A stretch of DNA of 64,000 bases. Origin: Eukaryota sp. TZLM1-RC. Taxonomy: Eukaryota > Protista > Metamonada: BaSk clade. The stretch spans positions 930,001 through 994,000 of the forward strand of contig JAUPSS010000008.1 in assembly GCA_040285825.1 (NCBI GenBank). The letters are read 5' to 3'. The translations under genes and the position numbers were made by a program. Below, one piece after another: positions 34,104 to 49,100 of this stretch (positions within the stretch are counted from its first letter, which is position 1; each line of letters starts with the position of its first letter). The notes beneath the pieces are model-generated. The model was not told the origin of the DNA. It made no database searches and saw only the letters and a program-made list of their open reading frames with translations.

Positions 34104-37100
34104 ATGGCAGCCCCACGGCTACTGCTTGCCGTTTATTTTCTGTTAGTGCTCGATTTATGTTTTGCTAGTTCTAAACTTGAGATACTCAGTACTTTTTCTG
34201 TCACTGGTGGAGACTTTGGTGATTCAAGTGCTCCGTGTGTGGAAGATGAACTTGGAGTATTAGATTTCACTGGAGGAAGCTCTTCATCTTTCAATTGCTA
34301 CAAGCTCACCGTTGCTGATGGCTCGTCTATTTCAAGTCCCTTATCTTTCGAGCGACACTCTGCTCTGATAGTTCCTGTAAACGCAACCGTAGAACTCACA
34401 GGTTCCAACTCCCGTACATTCTCTGAGAGTGACTCTGCACGACCTTCATCACTCATCATCCATGGAACTCTCAAAGTCACTGGCTCTGCTACCTTCAACG
34501 TTGGAATCTTTACACATCTATCCGAAAGCGGTTCTATCGAAGTGGATAGTGGTACCCTCGAACTAAATGGGGGATCTTCTCTCTATGGCAACGTTGTAGT
34601 GTCAGATTCTGGTACTTTTGAAACAAGCGGTTCTGATTTGCATTCTATTTTTGGTAACGTGTCCGGGTCGGGTTCTGTTGTCTTTACCTCTGTTGTCAAC
34701 TTTTATGGCACCTTGAATTTAGATCCTTCTGGCTCTACTTCTGTTGATGGATCTGATGCTGAATTACATCTAATAGGTACGGATTACATTGTGGACTGGC
34801 TTGATGACGTGTTGGTTGCACCTGTAGCTGATATCATCTCCTTTGGTGAATCTAAGCCATTAGAGATATTAAACGGTGCTCTTCTCAATTTAACCAACCA
34901 TAATGTTACTATTTCCGCACTTCTGGTCACCGATGGAGCAGTAGAAGTTTATGGCAATGTTTCTTTTAATTCCTTTGAAGGACTAGCTGGTTCTATTTAC
35001 AATGAAGGTATTGTTGAATTTTCTCCTTCAAGTGTGTTGAATATTGGTGAATCAGATTCAGTTTTCGAATTCCAAGGTTTGGGTAACTATCGTTTGTTTT
35101 CTCCAACTATTCTCAATGGAGGAACATTGTCTATATCTGGTGATACCTTCCTAGGATTCCACAACACTGTCGATACATCTGCTGATACTTCTATAACTGG
35201 AGATGGTAAACTTGTTTTTGAGAAGGACTCTATAGTTGAATTTACAAACGATGTCGATATCTCTTGTCTGTTGATTAATTATGGTTTTGTTTTAATAGAT
35301 TCTTTGGATTGCTCCTTTGGTCATGGTGAAAATCATGCTAATATTACCCTTACTGAAAATAGTGTTCTTTCTATTGGCTCTTTAATTGATCCTTTCACCT
35401 TCTCCCACAGTTCTTTTGTTGTCGAAACTGGTAGTTCCACAATATTAGCCACTATTGGTTCGCTTATCGTTCAAGGGGTTCTTGGTGTTTCCACTATTGG
35501 TGCTGAATCTGATGGTCATTTTGAACTTTGGAATGGTGGATTTAACTACTATGATTTAAAGGTGAACCAATCACCCACTCTTTTACTAACCAAGGAACCT
35601 AACCTATCTTGCCTTTATGGTACCATTGAGTTGAATGGTTTTAATCTTAGTGTTGAGAGCGTGTTATTTGGCGATGAAGAAGATTGTTCTATTGTTGGTG
35701 ATGGGGCTTTGGTTGTAGTTAATAATGATTTCACTTGGCCTAGAGGTACTTTGGGACCTGGTGTTTCCTTGGAGTTTGCTGAAGCTTGTACTAGTAGTAT
35801 TTCGGGATCTGTAGGTCTTTCTATAATGGATGACTGCCTAATTACCAACCATGGATCCTTAACCATTGATTGTCCCTCGCTAACCGTTACTTCTGAGTCA
35901 CTTTTTGTTTTATTCAATACTGGTTCTCTCACTTTACGCAGAGGTAATCTTGTTTCAAGTGGGGGCACTGTTCCCAGGATTCACTCTACTGGCTCCTTGT
36001 CTAAGATCTCAACCAATGCCCAGAATGTTTATTGGAAAGTTCTCCATAACAACACTGAAACTGCAAGTTTTGGGGGAATTGTCCATTTTAGAGAAGATTC
36101 AGAGATTTATTCTCCTATTTCCATTTCTAATAATTTCGACATGCGTGCTAAAGTAACTCTCCATGGAGACATCAGTGGTTCAGGTACTTTACGATGTTTT
36201 TCCGATTGTTGGATTAACAATTCAGTAGTAACTACCACTTTGTATGTCGGTAGCAATTCCGATTTAAACTGTTATGGATGTCATATTCAAAATTCTGATC
36301 AACCTACCTTTGCCTCTTCACATACCGCCAACCTTGTTCTAGGGGATGGTGCTTTGTTTGATAACTATGATCACTATACTGGCATCATTAGTTACAATCA
36401 TTTGATTGTCAGAAAGATGGGGGACAATAAACCATCTGTGATTAACAAATTGCAAAGGTTCTACAGTCATCCTGCTGTTACTATAGAGGAAGGCACAGTT
36501 TTAGAAATCAACCATTTACCAAACGACGATAAGCTTCAAAGAGGAAGTTTAGTTGGAGGAGGAACTCTAGTATTTAATTCTGAAACTATTTTCGATACAA
36601 GTGATTCCAGAATTGGGCTTGAAGTTACTGCTATTTTTAATGATGGTGGATTATTAGAACGAGGTAAGGTTGAACAGTGTTCTTCTTGTGATTTTGTTGT
36701 TAATCATGGTACATTTAGATTTGGAGTTTCTGGAATTATTTCCTCATTGGAAAATGGAAGGTTTATTATCATAGAATCTGCTGCTTCTGCCGAACGTCCT
36801 ACTCATCTGGCAGATTTAAGTGATTATAATCTTATTGTTTATGGTAATTTAGATTTTGGTTCTTCCCTTACACTCAGCCCAATTAACCCTTCTTTTACCG
36901 TATCCAATGGTACAATGAAGTTTTCTTCCTTGACACTCTCTCAACATGCGACCCTCATTACCACCAATTATTTTGAAGTTACTGGAACTCTACGTTTAGA
37001 TGATCACAGTATTCTTGGAATCAATAGTTTTGATTCTTCCATCAATACGCTTAACTATTTGTCCAGCACAAGTACTTTTTGGGTTTCTTTAACATCAGTT

Positions 37101-40100
37101 TCTATTAATTCGGTGCAGAATTCAAACTTTTTCAGTCCATCTTCTATTGATATTTCAGCATACTTTGGCAATTTTACATTGACCAGATCTAGTATAGCGA
37201 TCGAAGGAGAAGCTTCAGTTTCTGGATCTTCCCTAAGCTTTGATACTGATGGTACAATCGAAGGTTTTGGTTCTCTCACTTTTAATGATTCAGTTTCCAT
37301 CAATTCTGATTGTAATATTGTTGGTTTCCCCACTTTGCTTTTCAAGAAAGATTCCTCTTGTAGTTCTTGTTCTTTTACAGGTTCTATTGCCCTAGTGTCT
37401 AATTCTTTATTTACTTTTTCTGGTACATCTTCTTTTTCCAGTAATTCGGTTATGAAGGGAACTGATTTTGACATTTCTCCAAGTTCTTCAATTCAAATTG
37501 ATGGACTATTCTATATTTCAAATTCTATTAGTGTTGCAGGAGATCTGACACTGGCCAATCCTTTAGTTGCCGATTCTATTACTGTTTCATTTGAGGGTAC
37601 AATTACTTCTCCAGATGTTGTTTTAAGCGGTTGTGATGTTAATTTAAATGGTGGTTCTTTGGTCACTATGTTGCATTTGATGAATTGTGACGTATATTCA
37701 ATATCTTCAAGCAGTATTACTGAGTTTTATCTGGATTCCAGTAGCAGGTTGATTATTGATGTGGGAAGTTCTACTCCTTTAGTAACAACCTCTGCTAGTT
37801 GGTTTGCTGGTTCCGCTGAAATTACTTTAACCGAAACCTTGTCTAATGACGTTACAATTCCATTGGTTACCGGTTCTATTTATGGTAAGTTGAGCGATAA
37901 CCTCTCTACTCAAGGTTCTTACCTTGAGCACTCCTCATCCCAACTTTCCCTCAAAACCAGTATTTGTTTAAATGGTTGCTCATCTAATGGTGTTTGTGAT
38001 TCTGGAACTTGTACTTGTGATACAGGGTTTGCTGGAAATGATTGTTCTCTTTCTACTAATTGTGATGGAAAAGGTGTTGATTTATTGGGTCATTGTTACT
38101 GCATTGATGATAATTATGGCACTTCTTGTTCTTCAACCAGTGGTTCCGTCACAATTACTGCTTTGACTGGAAGTATTGATTGGTTTAACACAAACTCTTG
38201 GTCTACAACCACTATTCCCAGAGTAATTGATTCTGTTGTTATTGATAACGCCGATTCTTCAGTGAGTCTTGGTGATATTGCCTTTGTAGAGTCTATCGAA
38301 ATTTCTAATGGTGTTTTAGAAGTTTCAAACACTGGTATTTTAGTAGTTAATGGTCACTTACTGTTAAATGGAGGAACACTTTCCGGGGAAGGAACTATTT
38401 ACCTTTCTCCTACTGCTTCTTTTGATGTTTCAGGCGGTTCCTTATCTGTGAATACCCTCATTGTGCCAAATTCGTTTAACTTAAATACCAATATCCTTGT
38501 TTCTGGTTCCACAATTATCACTGATTCGTGTACACTTGATTCTGGTAGTTTCGATCTTGAAAATTCTTTGCTGTCTTGTAAAACCGTAAGTGCCATCAAC
38601 TCTGTTTCTCTCACTGGTGATTCTACTATTTACAGTTCTTCTACCTTGACCAGTACTTCTGATTTGTTGATTGAACCTTTCTTGGTTCTGAATCAAGCTG
38701 TTCTAGGAGCTAATTCATTATTTCTTAACTTAATCACTGTTTTGGGAAGTATTGACTACAACTCCAATCGTTTAACCATTGGTGGCAATGGTTTTTTATT
38801 TGACTCTAAAGCTTTAGGTTTGGGACCTTTTGAACTTTCTAATTTTAATGGATTTCTGAGTAGTAGTTTTAAACTCGAAGCTGGTTCCCTTAGTGCTAGA
38901 GATTCTTCATTTACCTGGTCGAGATTGGAAAGTCCTGTTTTATTTCACTTGATTTCTTGTACAATTGATTTTGCTTTACCAACAGTTACGGAGTTGGCTA
39001 AGGTTGAAAGTATCGATTCCACTATTTCTGCAGTTTCTCTTACTGCTTCTGAAGTGTTTTTAAATGCATCTACATTATCTTCACCTGTTTTGTCTACACC
39101 TTTGTTTACCGGATATGATTCAGCTGTTTCCTCTAGTTTTGGTTTAATAACCTCTTTCAATTCCCACAAAACCACTCTTGATGGCTTCAATAATATTGAT
39201 ATTCTTTCTGTTGGCCATTTCGTTTCAAATGCTGATTATTTATTTGCTGAAACAGTGTCGTTAGCACCTGATTCTGTCTTTGAAATTGACGGTGAATTTG
39301 AATTCTTAGGTCCAGTTTCCATTAGCGGGAACGTTTCCTTTATTTGCACACCCTCATCTAAGTTAATCATCAATGCTCTTTCCATCGTCACTCTTACCAA
39401 TGCCGATTTATGTTTCTCTGATTGTAATGTATTGTTTTATGGGCAAATTACCGCAAGTAATTCTATTTTATCTGGAAGTGCTGTTTTTACTGGCGATGGT
39501 TTAATTGATGCTAACCTTTCAACACTGGATGGAGCTGATTTAGTGTTTGATGGTAGTAGATTTGTTCAAGCTGCTAGTATTAACATCAAAAACAATGTCC
39601 ATTTCATTGACACCTCTCTCAATAACCTCTCCATTACCACTGAAAATCCCTCTCTAGTTGAATTTACTGAGTGTAAAGGTGTTGCTTCTTTACTAGAACT
39701 TGATGGAAAAGTTTCAGGAGATTACATTCAAACTGAGTCTCTAGTCCTCAACATAAATTCTGAAATTGAAGGTATTACTCTTGACGTCAATGTTTTAACC
39801 ACTGTAAATAACCCATCTGTTGCATTAGCAAGTGAATCCACCTTGCTTACCTTTGATCTCACTCATACTCTTCCTGACTTGACAATTACTGGACCTGATG
39901 AGTCTTTATTAGTTGTACATAATGACCTTACTCTACCTGCTTCAAGTTTTTTGAATTTAGATATCCCTTCTGTACTAGGGGATGTTTCAGTTGGTGACTC
40001 TGTTGTTATATTTAACAAGGATGCTGTTTTAAATCGTAAATTATCTATTGGCACTGGTTCTAATGTAACTATCAATAGTAAATTGTCAATTGTGGATGGT

Positions 40101-43100
40101 GAAATGTCTGGTGTTGGCGATTTATTTGTAAATGGAGATTTAGAAGTATTAAATAGTATATTTTCTATTGTTGGAACCATCTCATTATCTCCTTCTTCTG
40201 CTCTTTTAGTTGATGATCATTCAGATTGTACAGTTACGACCATTAATATTGATGATGCAACTGCTGAATTTGGTACTCATTGTATTATTAATAACCTTTA
40301 TTCAATTTCTGCCACAATCAACATTAACGAATTAGTTTTGCTTTATGTTACCGAATCCACCCTGTTAACCGACTCGAAGTTCATTGGGGAAGGTTTTGGC
40401 TTTTTTTACAATTCCATTGATATCACTACTGATTTGACCGTTACCGCAACTTCATTAAGTTTTGCTAATTCGTCAGTTCTTTTCAATGGAGATCTTACCC
40501 TTGCCTCAGCTGCTACCTTGACGTTTGATAGTTCATCAGTAGTTACTGTTTCATCTGCCGAGTTTACTCAATCTGATGGTGATTCCAAATTGGTAATTAA
40601 TGGTCACGTTGACGTCACATCCCCTTCTTTTTCATTTTCCAACAACCTTTTTGGTTATGGTGTGTTAAACTTTATTTCGACAGATCTATCACTTTCTGGT
40701 TCTGGAATATTTGATGGTAACTTGTCCATGTCTGATGGCTCAATAGATATTGTTTCTCCTTCATCTCACATTTTTGTTGGTTCTTTCGTTACCTTTGGTT
40801 CTACTAGCTTTACTGTTACCTCTGGATCTGTGGAGATTGGTGGGGAGTTTGAACATTTGAACTCTTTAATCTTAAATGGAGGAGATTTATTATTGACTGT
40901 ATTGAATCCTTCACCTGGTTGTTCCATGGTTAGCATTAATAACGATGCTGAATTACGAATTTCAATGCCGGTTGAATTTGCTGACCTAGTACTGTCTGAT
41001 ACTGCTAAACTTACTGGAACCAATCGCCTCAAAATCTACAATTCCTTTCATTTTAATGGCGGTAGTATATCCTTGACTACTTTACACTTACCCAGTACAT
41101 CTCAATTTAATTTAGAAACGACCACCACTAAGTCTATTTCTGGATGTAACATTTTCAACAATGGAACAATTAATTTTATCAGTGGTTCAATCGATTCATG
41201 TTCAAATTCCATCATTGATTCGTCTGGTACTCTTCAAACTCTGTCTTCTGCATTTACCATGACAGTCAGTACTTCCTGTGTTGTAATTAATCGAAATTTA
41301 ATAGATATTCCAACTTCTTCTTCGCTCTCCTTTGGGTTCCGAATGGAAAACCTCGATGTCGTAACAGTTGATGGAAGTCTTTCACTCAGAGGAGGAGGAT
41401 TCACCACCAACTCAATGAGTTCGTATTTAGGATCATCAATTGACCATTTCTCCAACACATTTACCTATCTCAACACCTCAAGTACTGATTACCAAGGGTC
41501 TGTCAAGGTAAGTTCTGGTCATGTTCAAGTTATAGGTAACCTCACTTCTACAGAGGAAGTAGAAGTTGCTGATGGTACTCTCACACTCAAACCAATTACT
41601 GCCAGCTCTGATGTTCACTTTTTAGTCAGTGGTGGGGAATTAAGTATACCATTCAATCTATCACTAACTCAAATAACAGCTACTGCAGGAAGAATTAGTG
41701 TTGACTCAACTCTTGATTTGGCCAATTTAATTACTTCTGGTGGAACAATTAGTGGAGATGGTGTTGTTAATGTACTTTCTGTTTCACAAACTTCTTCTAC
41801 TACTTATTCTTCTCTTAAAATGAATGTTTTGGATTATATTGTTCTTCAAGGTGGTACACTTTCAGGTTCAAGTTCCTTTGAACTTGTTATAAACCAAGAT
41901 GCTAGGCTTATTGATAGTTATTCGTCAAGTGGGTCTATTAGTGGTACAACTTGCTCCTTAGTTAATCTTGGTAATATCACCACGTCTTCTACCTTTTCCA
42001 TTAGTTTTTCCATTGTCAATTATGGCGATCTGAATGTTGTTTCCAGCACTCTCACTGTGTCAAGATCGGTTAATAACTATGGAAATATTACTATAGAAGA
42101 ACCTTCAACTCTTTCACTTACTGGTGTGGATCACTTTAACTATGGTCTGATCTCCACATATGGATCACTATCTCTTTCTTCAACATTGGTCAACTATTGT
42201 CCTGGTATTGTCCATGCATCACCCAGTGGTTCTATAAGTGGTTCATTTGATAATAGATGCGAATTGAAAGTACAGTGTCCTGCTGCTTTTGAGGTTGGTT
42301 CTGGAGATACATTTGAGGTGAATTATCCTGTTGATGTGTGTTCATTAAGAATTGTTTCTACTGGGTCTGTTGAAGTTAATTCTCAATTGATTGTACGTGA
42401 AGATTTAGAAGTAATTCATGGCACTCTGACAAACAATGCCCATATCGAAGTTGGTAATGATTTTAACTTTTTGAGAGGTACATTGAATGGGGATGGTTTT
42501 ACGTTTGTCAATGAGACTCTACTTTTTGATTCTACCAGTACCAAGACATTACAAGATTCTCATCGCTTTATCGTTTCCAATCAAGCTCTTTGGAGTAGTG
42601 GCCAGATAACTATAACCAGTCATGAAGCTTCAATTATAGTAATGAAGGGTGCTGTATTTACGATTGATGCTGATTCGTCTACGCTTACTACTTCTACTAG
42701 TTCAAATACCGAGGCACGCATTATCAATTATGGTACACTGACCAAAGTTGGATCAAATGCTAATAATAATTATTTTGCTATTGATAACCATGGGCTTGTT
42801 TTAGTTGAAGCTGGAATCCTTAGATTCTACTCTGGAGGTCTTTCCACTGGTAATTACTCTATCTATACTGGCTCAACACTAGATTTACGAAGTGATACCT
42901 TTTATTTTTCAAGGGAATCAGTAGTTGAAGGTGATGGTTCTTTAATTTTCAATTCTGGTGCCTCTGAATTATATGGTTATCTAGATATGGCATCTGTTAC
43001 TGTCAGTGGAGCCACATTAAATCTTTATCCCTCCTTGGTATTTAGTCCAAGAATGTACAATGATGTTGTTCTTTCTATCACTAGTGGCAACTGTAATTTA

Positions 43101-46100
43101 GTTGAACTTTATAATTACACAATGATTAATGTTCATGTGTCTTCTAGTGGAACTTTCACTTTGAGCAATAGCTTTATTGATATTGAGCAGTTTACCATTA
43201 ACAATGAAGTTCGTGGAAATGGCAGAATTGATATTAATGACTTGATGGAAGTAAGTAACAGTGCTGATATTAATGGTAATCTTTATTTTAAAATACTGAA
43301 TGAACTTAAAGTTGATTCGACCAATAATGTTGTTATCCACAATACCATTATTGATATTATCGGAGAATTCCATTATATCAGGGGCAATGTTTTTACTGAT
43401 CACTCTGTATGGAATAACTATGGCACAACTCTCTTTGAACAAACCCACACAATGTCCTGTTCCTCGTCCTCTGGTCATTTTTATAATTATGGATTAGTCA
43501 TTGGCTCAAGTTCCAATACCGCCACTGTTAATATTTTCTTCCACAATCATGGTTTGGTGGAGGTCCACTCTGGTACTCTTAATCTAGGTCTTACTGATAG
43601 TCAACAATTTGATACGCAAAGTACTGGGGAATTTGTAGTTTCTGAATCTTGTACATTAGGATTATCTATCAGAACTTACACGGAAAGTTGCTTGATTCAT
43701 GGTGAAGGTAATGTTGATTTTATTCAACGTTATCCGTCCCAGTTCTATGGAGTGTATAATATATCTGGTTCAACTACCATTGATGCTCAAGATAATTCTG
43801 GAACTTTTCTTTTTATTCCTCATGAACCTTTTTTGAACTTGGTTGATAGTGTTTTCAAATACAACGTTACTGCAAGAGTTTTGAATTTGGGTCAATCAGT
43901 CACAGTCACCCGATCTTTATTGAATGTTTCTAATCACGAAATTCACATTCCTCACTTGACAATCAATAATGAAAATGGAAGGTTTGGCTTTGAGTCTACT
44001 GTTTTTGTAGACCATGTTTCTGTAACTGGAAATGGAACTTTTGTCGGCACTCGCGGTGTTTTATCAGTAAATGAAAGCTTTACGGCTACTACTGGCCAAG
44101 TAGAAGGAGTCACTGTAGATTTGGGTGAGTTATCAGTAAGCGATATTTCCATTTCTTCCAATGCGTTGGTGTTAGATAATGCTCATCTCTTAGTTAGGGG
44201 ACATTTAACCACGAATATTCGTCATTTCAACGTTGACGGGTCTTCTATTACGATTGCGACCACAGGTACTCTTCATTTGGATTGTATTGGTTATTGTAAT
44301 ATTCAGTCTTCTCATGGAACTACAGGAAAAGTGTCCAATTATGGTGCCTTATTAATTGATTCAACTAGCAATTTTTTTATGAGAGTTCCCTTGGAGTTGT
44401 TTTCAGGTTCTTTTTACAATGTAACATCAGGAACCCATGATTGGCTGGACGATGTTGTTGATTATGGTAGTACAATTTTTATTGGGTCAAGTGTTAATTT
44501 TTGGGCTAGGAATGGTCATTTACAGTCTTCTCGAAGGTTTGTGAAGCTCGGTGGTAACTTTATCAATACAAATCGCTTTGCCATCCATAGGACAACTGCT
44601 CAAATTACCGCGAACTTTTATTCCTCTGGATTCATTTATTCTTTCCATGATCGACCCGTTTCATCTAGCATTACTCAATTAAATTCTGATGGTAATATTG
44701 GACATGTAAATTTTTGTGGTAGATTAAGTTTATCTGGCGTTGGTTTTATGGAATCTATTACTTTCCATTCTGCATGGCCAACGAGCAGTTACAATTGCCT
44801 AAGCTCAAACGACAATTATCTTTCTGGAAATCCTAATTTTTTAACTGTATTAAATGACTTTAATTACAGAAATGGCACGATTGAATTTTCTTCTATTGAT
44901 AGCACTTTAGTTCTTGGAGGTACTTCTTATTTTGGACAGTCTAGTTATTTGAATGAATTACACTTCAACCGAGGATCACTAATGGTTAATGGTACTGGTG
45001 AATATCAACGTAATCTTAATTTTAACATTGAAGAAGATGCAAAACTTATCAATTTGCGGTCTGGATCATTTACTGTTTCAGGGGGTACCAATAGACACTT
45101 TCAATCCAATAATAACCCAGGTTTTATCATCAACTATGGAACTTGGATAGATGAACCTTCGTCCAGTATCCTTCAATACCAAGTCGATTTCCATAACTTT
45201 GGATTATTTGAAAAGAGAGGTTCTGTTATTTCCAGAATACACACTTTGCGTAATTTTACCAATCATGCTAATGCCACTCTTGAGATTTATAGCTCTATAT
45301 TATGTTTTGATGGCAGTTCTGCTATTCATGGAACTGTTGAAGCTATTGGTGGTCAGCTATCCTTCTACAACAAAGTACATACTTTCCACTGGGATTCAAC
45401 TTTATTAGGATCTACTGACTCTATCACACTTGAATCAGGAGATTTGTTCTTTTATGGAACTGTCGATCTTACCAATGGTTTAGACATTTTCCTAGTCAAT
45501 TCTGGCACTTTGCATTGGAAGGCTCATACTGCTATTCTCGGCTCTGGCTCTGTTCGTGTAAATGATGGCACGGTCTATGTCAACACTACACTAGAAGGCA
45601 TTCCTACTTTCCTTGTCGTTGGCGGTCTGTTGGACTTTGGATCTACCAAGCCACAAATTCGACACTCCATATTATCAGGAGGAACCGTCAGATCCGGTTC
45701 TGATGTGTTTGTTGTAGATGAGTTTATCTTTGCAGGAGGTGATTTTTATAGCTATGGTCACATGATTGTGGAGGCAAAATCTACAGTGTCGTTTGATGTT
45801 GCTTCTGATAACCTAGCAACTGTTTCTGAATTAAGAATACTAAACTATGGTAGAGTTTTGTTTAATGGTGGGCAATCTGTCGGAAGTCATTCATTGTTGG
45901 TTAATCATAATTTATTTGAAACAGTGTCCTCTGACGGGAACTTTGTATTGCCTATTCATAACTTTGGTTACCTAAACCAAACAACTGCTAGCTCCACTTC
46001 TTATCTCAGTGACAGAGTAACTAATTACAATACTATTACCAGTGTTGATGGTACCTTGAAACTCAATGGTGGGGTTACTAACTATGGTGGTTTCGTGGTA

Positions 46101-49100
46101 TACCCTGCTGCTGTTTTGGACTTTTCTGATGGTGATACCTCTCTATTTGAAGGCACTACCCTAGCTGGGTCAGGTGATGTATTCTTTTCTGGTGGCTATG
46201 TTGATGTTTTGTGTCCTCCTTTGGATGTTGAAATTGATATATTATTTATTAATGGTGGAACTGTTAATTTTCATTGTTCGGAGTTTACATTTACCGATCT
46301 TTTACTGAGTGATGGTGCGCTACACGTTGCCAATAGAATGACTGTTTCTCGAACTTTCTTTTTGTCTGGTGGTTTACTGAGTGATGTTGGTACTCTTACC
46401 ACTCCCGATTTACAAGTAGATAGTCCAAGTACCAAGGAAATTTCTTCAACTACTATCAAAGTTTTAGATACAGGGTTAGTTGCTGAAGGTACTCTTATCG
46501 CTAGAGATGGTGCTATCATCAACAACACCGCCAGCTCTCTCTTCACATTCACTGGTAACGAGTTTAGTGAAATTGTTGATGGAGGAGGAGTACGTTCTGA
46601 ACTGATTAATGATGGAACTATTGTTAAAGATACTACCCCTTCACCCGTTATTGTAGGAGTTTATTTGGATAACTTTGGATTGGTGGAGAGTAATTTTGGT
46701 AACATTTCTTTTGCCGGAGGTTCTAACCATTTTGGAGAATTTAAAGCCAATCAAGATGCAATTTTATCTCTTAGTGGAGGTGCTCATGAGTTACTCCCTG
46801 ATGCATTAGTCTCTGGAGATGGAACCTTTTCTATTGATGGAGTTGCTGAAGTTCAATGTAGAAACAACTTTTATATGGGTGACGACTCTGTAGTTTATCA
46901 AACTGGAGGAATTTCTGTTTTTGATAGTGGTTTTGATGTTTCCAATGACCAGACCTTATTCCATCTCAAAGATGGTACAATGAGATTCATAGGAAGCGAT
47001 GGCTCCATGTCAGTTTCATCTCTATTAATTGAAGGAGGAAAGCTCTATGTTCCAGCAGAACTCACTGTTAGAAGTGATGTTGATCAGACTGGCGGTCTAT
47101 TCTCTACTTCAGGTATAACTGAAATTCAAGGCACTTACACACTCAACACTGGTGAAGTCTCGGGTTCAGGAACTTTAAATGTTGATGGCCATTTCAATTG
47201 GTACAATGGTCTTTTCAGTGGTCAAGGGGCCACCAACTTTTTTTCTTCCTCTGAATGGGTTTCAGCTGGAATGAAGGAAATTGATGAAAGATTTGTTGAA
47301 AACTTTGGAGATATAACAATCTTTGATGGGCACATTTATGGATCCAGAGGTGCAATCTTTATCAACGCTCCCAATGCCACAATTGATCTCGGTAATGTTG
47401 ATTGGTTGGTCAATGAGGGCACTGCTCTCATCAGGAACTTTGGTAATATCACCAAGGAAGATTTCTTGATTGAACATTCAAATGGCTTTTGTTACTCTCC
47501 AAGACTACATGGCAAATTCAGTCCATATTCTGATTCTTCCAATCTGTTTGTGAATGATTATGTCCTCAATCTAATCAATGGAGTCTTCACAGTTGATGGA
47601 ATTAGAGACACTTCCTTTAATTCAGGACTTAGCATAACGGGATGGACCAGAAGAGAATTTAGAAATGATTCAACTCTTGAGTATAGGGGTTCATTTGGTT
47701 ACTCTGACTTGCTTCGAGTTGGTTTCTCTGATAGCTATCTTTATTCAGACCCTGACTCGTTATGGTTTTATGGCGATGTTGTTCATTCTTCTTACCAAAC
47801 AGAACTTGAAAGTGCCTCTATCAACTCGAAACTCAATGATATTACCCTATCTGCAACCAATGATCATGATTCATGGAATTTTTATTCAATTGTTTTTGAT
47901 TCTGGACAGTTCAGAACTTTTGTTAATGGTGAACCAGTGTCTTCAGAAATACTGTCTGGATCATTCCCCGTTAGTACTAACCAAACTTTGGAAATTGGTG
48001 ATTTTGAAAGTATGTTTGAACTGGAAAAGCTTCGAGTTTATGAAAGACCTTTAAGTTCTCCAGAAATTTATAATATTTACACTGCTGAACTATCTGAATT
48101 GGAAAACAACCTGCCTATTGTTACCAACACTGAAGATGGGCTCATAGGTTACTATACATTTGCTGATCCTAATTTGCCATTCACTGCCCTTGGTCATTGT
48201 GATACTCTTTCTCCTCCAGGTAGTGTTAACACTAGATATAGTAGAACCAGAATTGAATGGGTTATTGAGAATAGAGAAACAATAGCAGCCAATAATGGTT
48301 CAGTTGAATTTTTAGGAGGTGGTGCATCCACTGGTCTCCTCTCTTCTCTCTCAACAGGTTCTTTCCTATTTGGTAACGAAAGAGTCACACTTGCGGGTCG
48401 TATTGACACTGCTGAGGCTATTGTTATTGATAGTGGTGATCATGAAATCAGAACTGATATGAGAGTTGTCATTTTGCAAGAAGGTGGTACTTTGAGACTA
48501 ACTCCTAGAGTAACTCCTTGTCCTGAACCAGGAGATGAGATTGTTGCTCCCAAAATTGTTTTAGACGGTGGTGAATTGATTGTTCCTCGACCTTTGGATC
48601 CTTCAAAGAATTGTTATCATTTACAAGAATTAACGATTTTTTCTGGAACATTAACTTGTCAAGGTGATTTAACTGTTTTAGATTTTATGCATATGCACGA
48701 TGGCTTTGCTAATGTTGATGGAGCTTTAACTGTCAATACAGAGTTTTTACTGTATGGGGGAGTAGTTGATGGTGTCGGTCAGATCACTTCTACACATCAT
48801 CTTGATTGGGCAGATGGTATTATTAAAGGAGCTGGAGGAAGTTTGGTTTTGTATAATAATGTAACAATTTCAAGTGACGGAGATCGAATTCTTGAACAAC
48901 GACATGTCACCATTAAACCAGATACCATTTTCTCTTGGGATTACGGTAATTGGACAATGCTTGGGGGTCCAGTAATTGATAATTATGGTACAATGTTGCT
49001 TAACAAGGAATTTCTAGTATTGGAAAGTCCCCCAAACACAAGCCCTCCTGTTTTAAAGAATTACCATCAAATTGTTATTAATTCTCAAGAAGCTTTTATT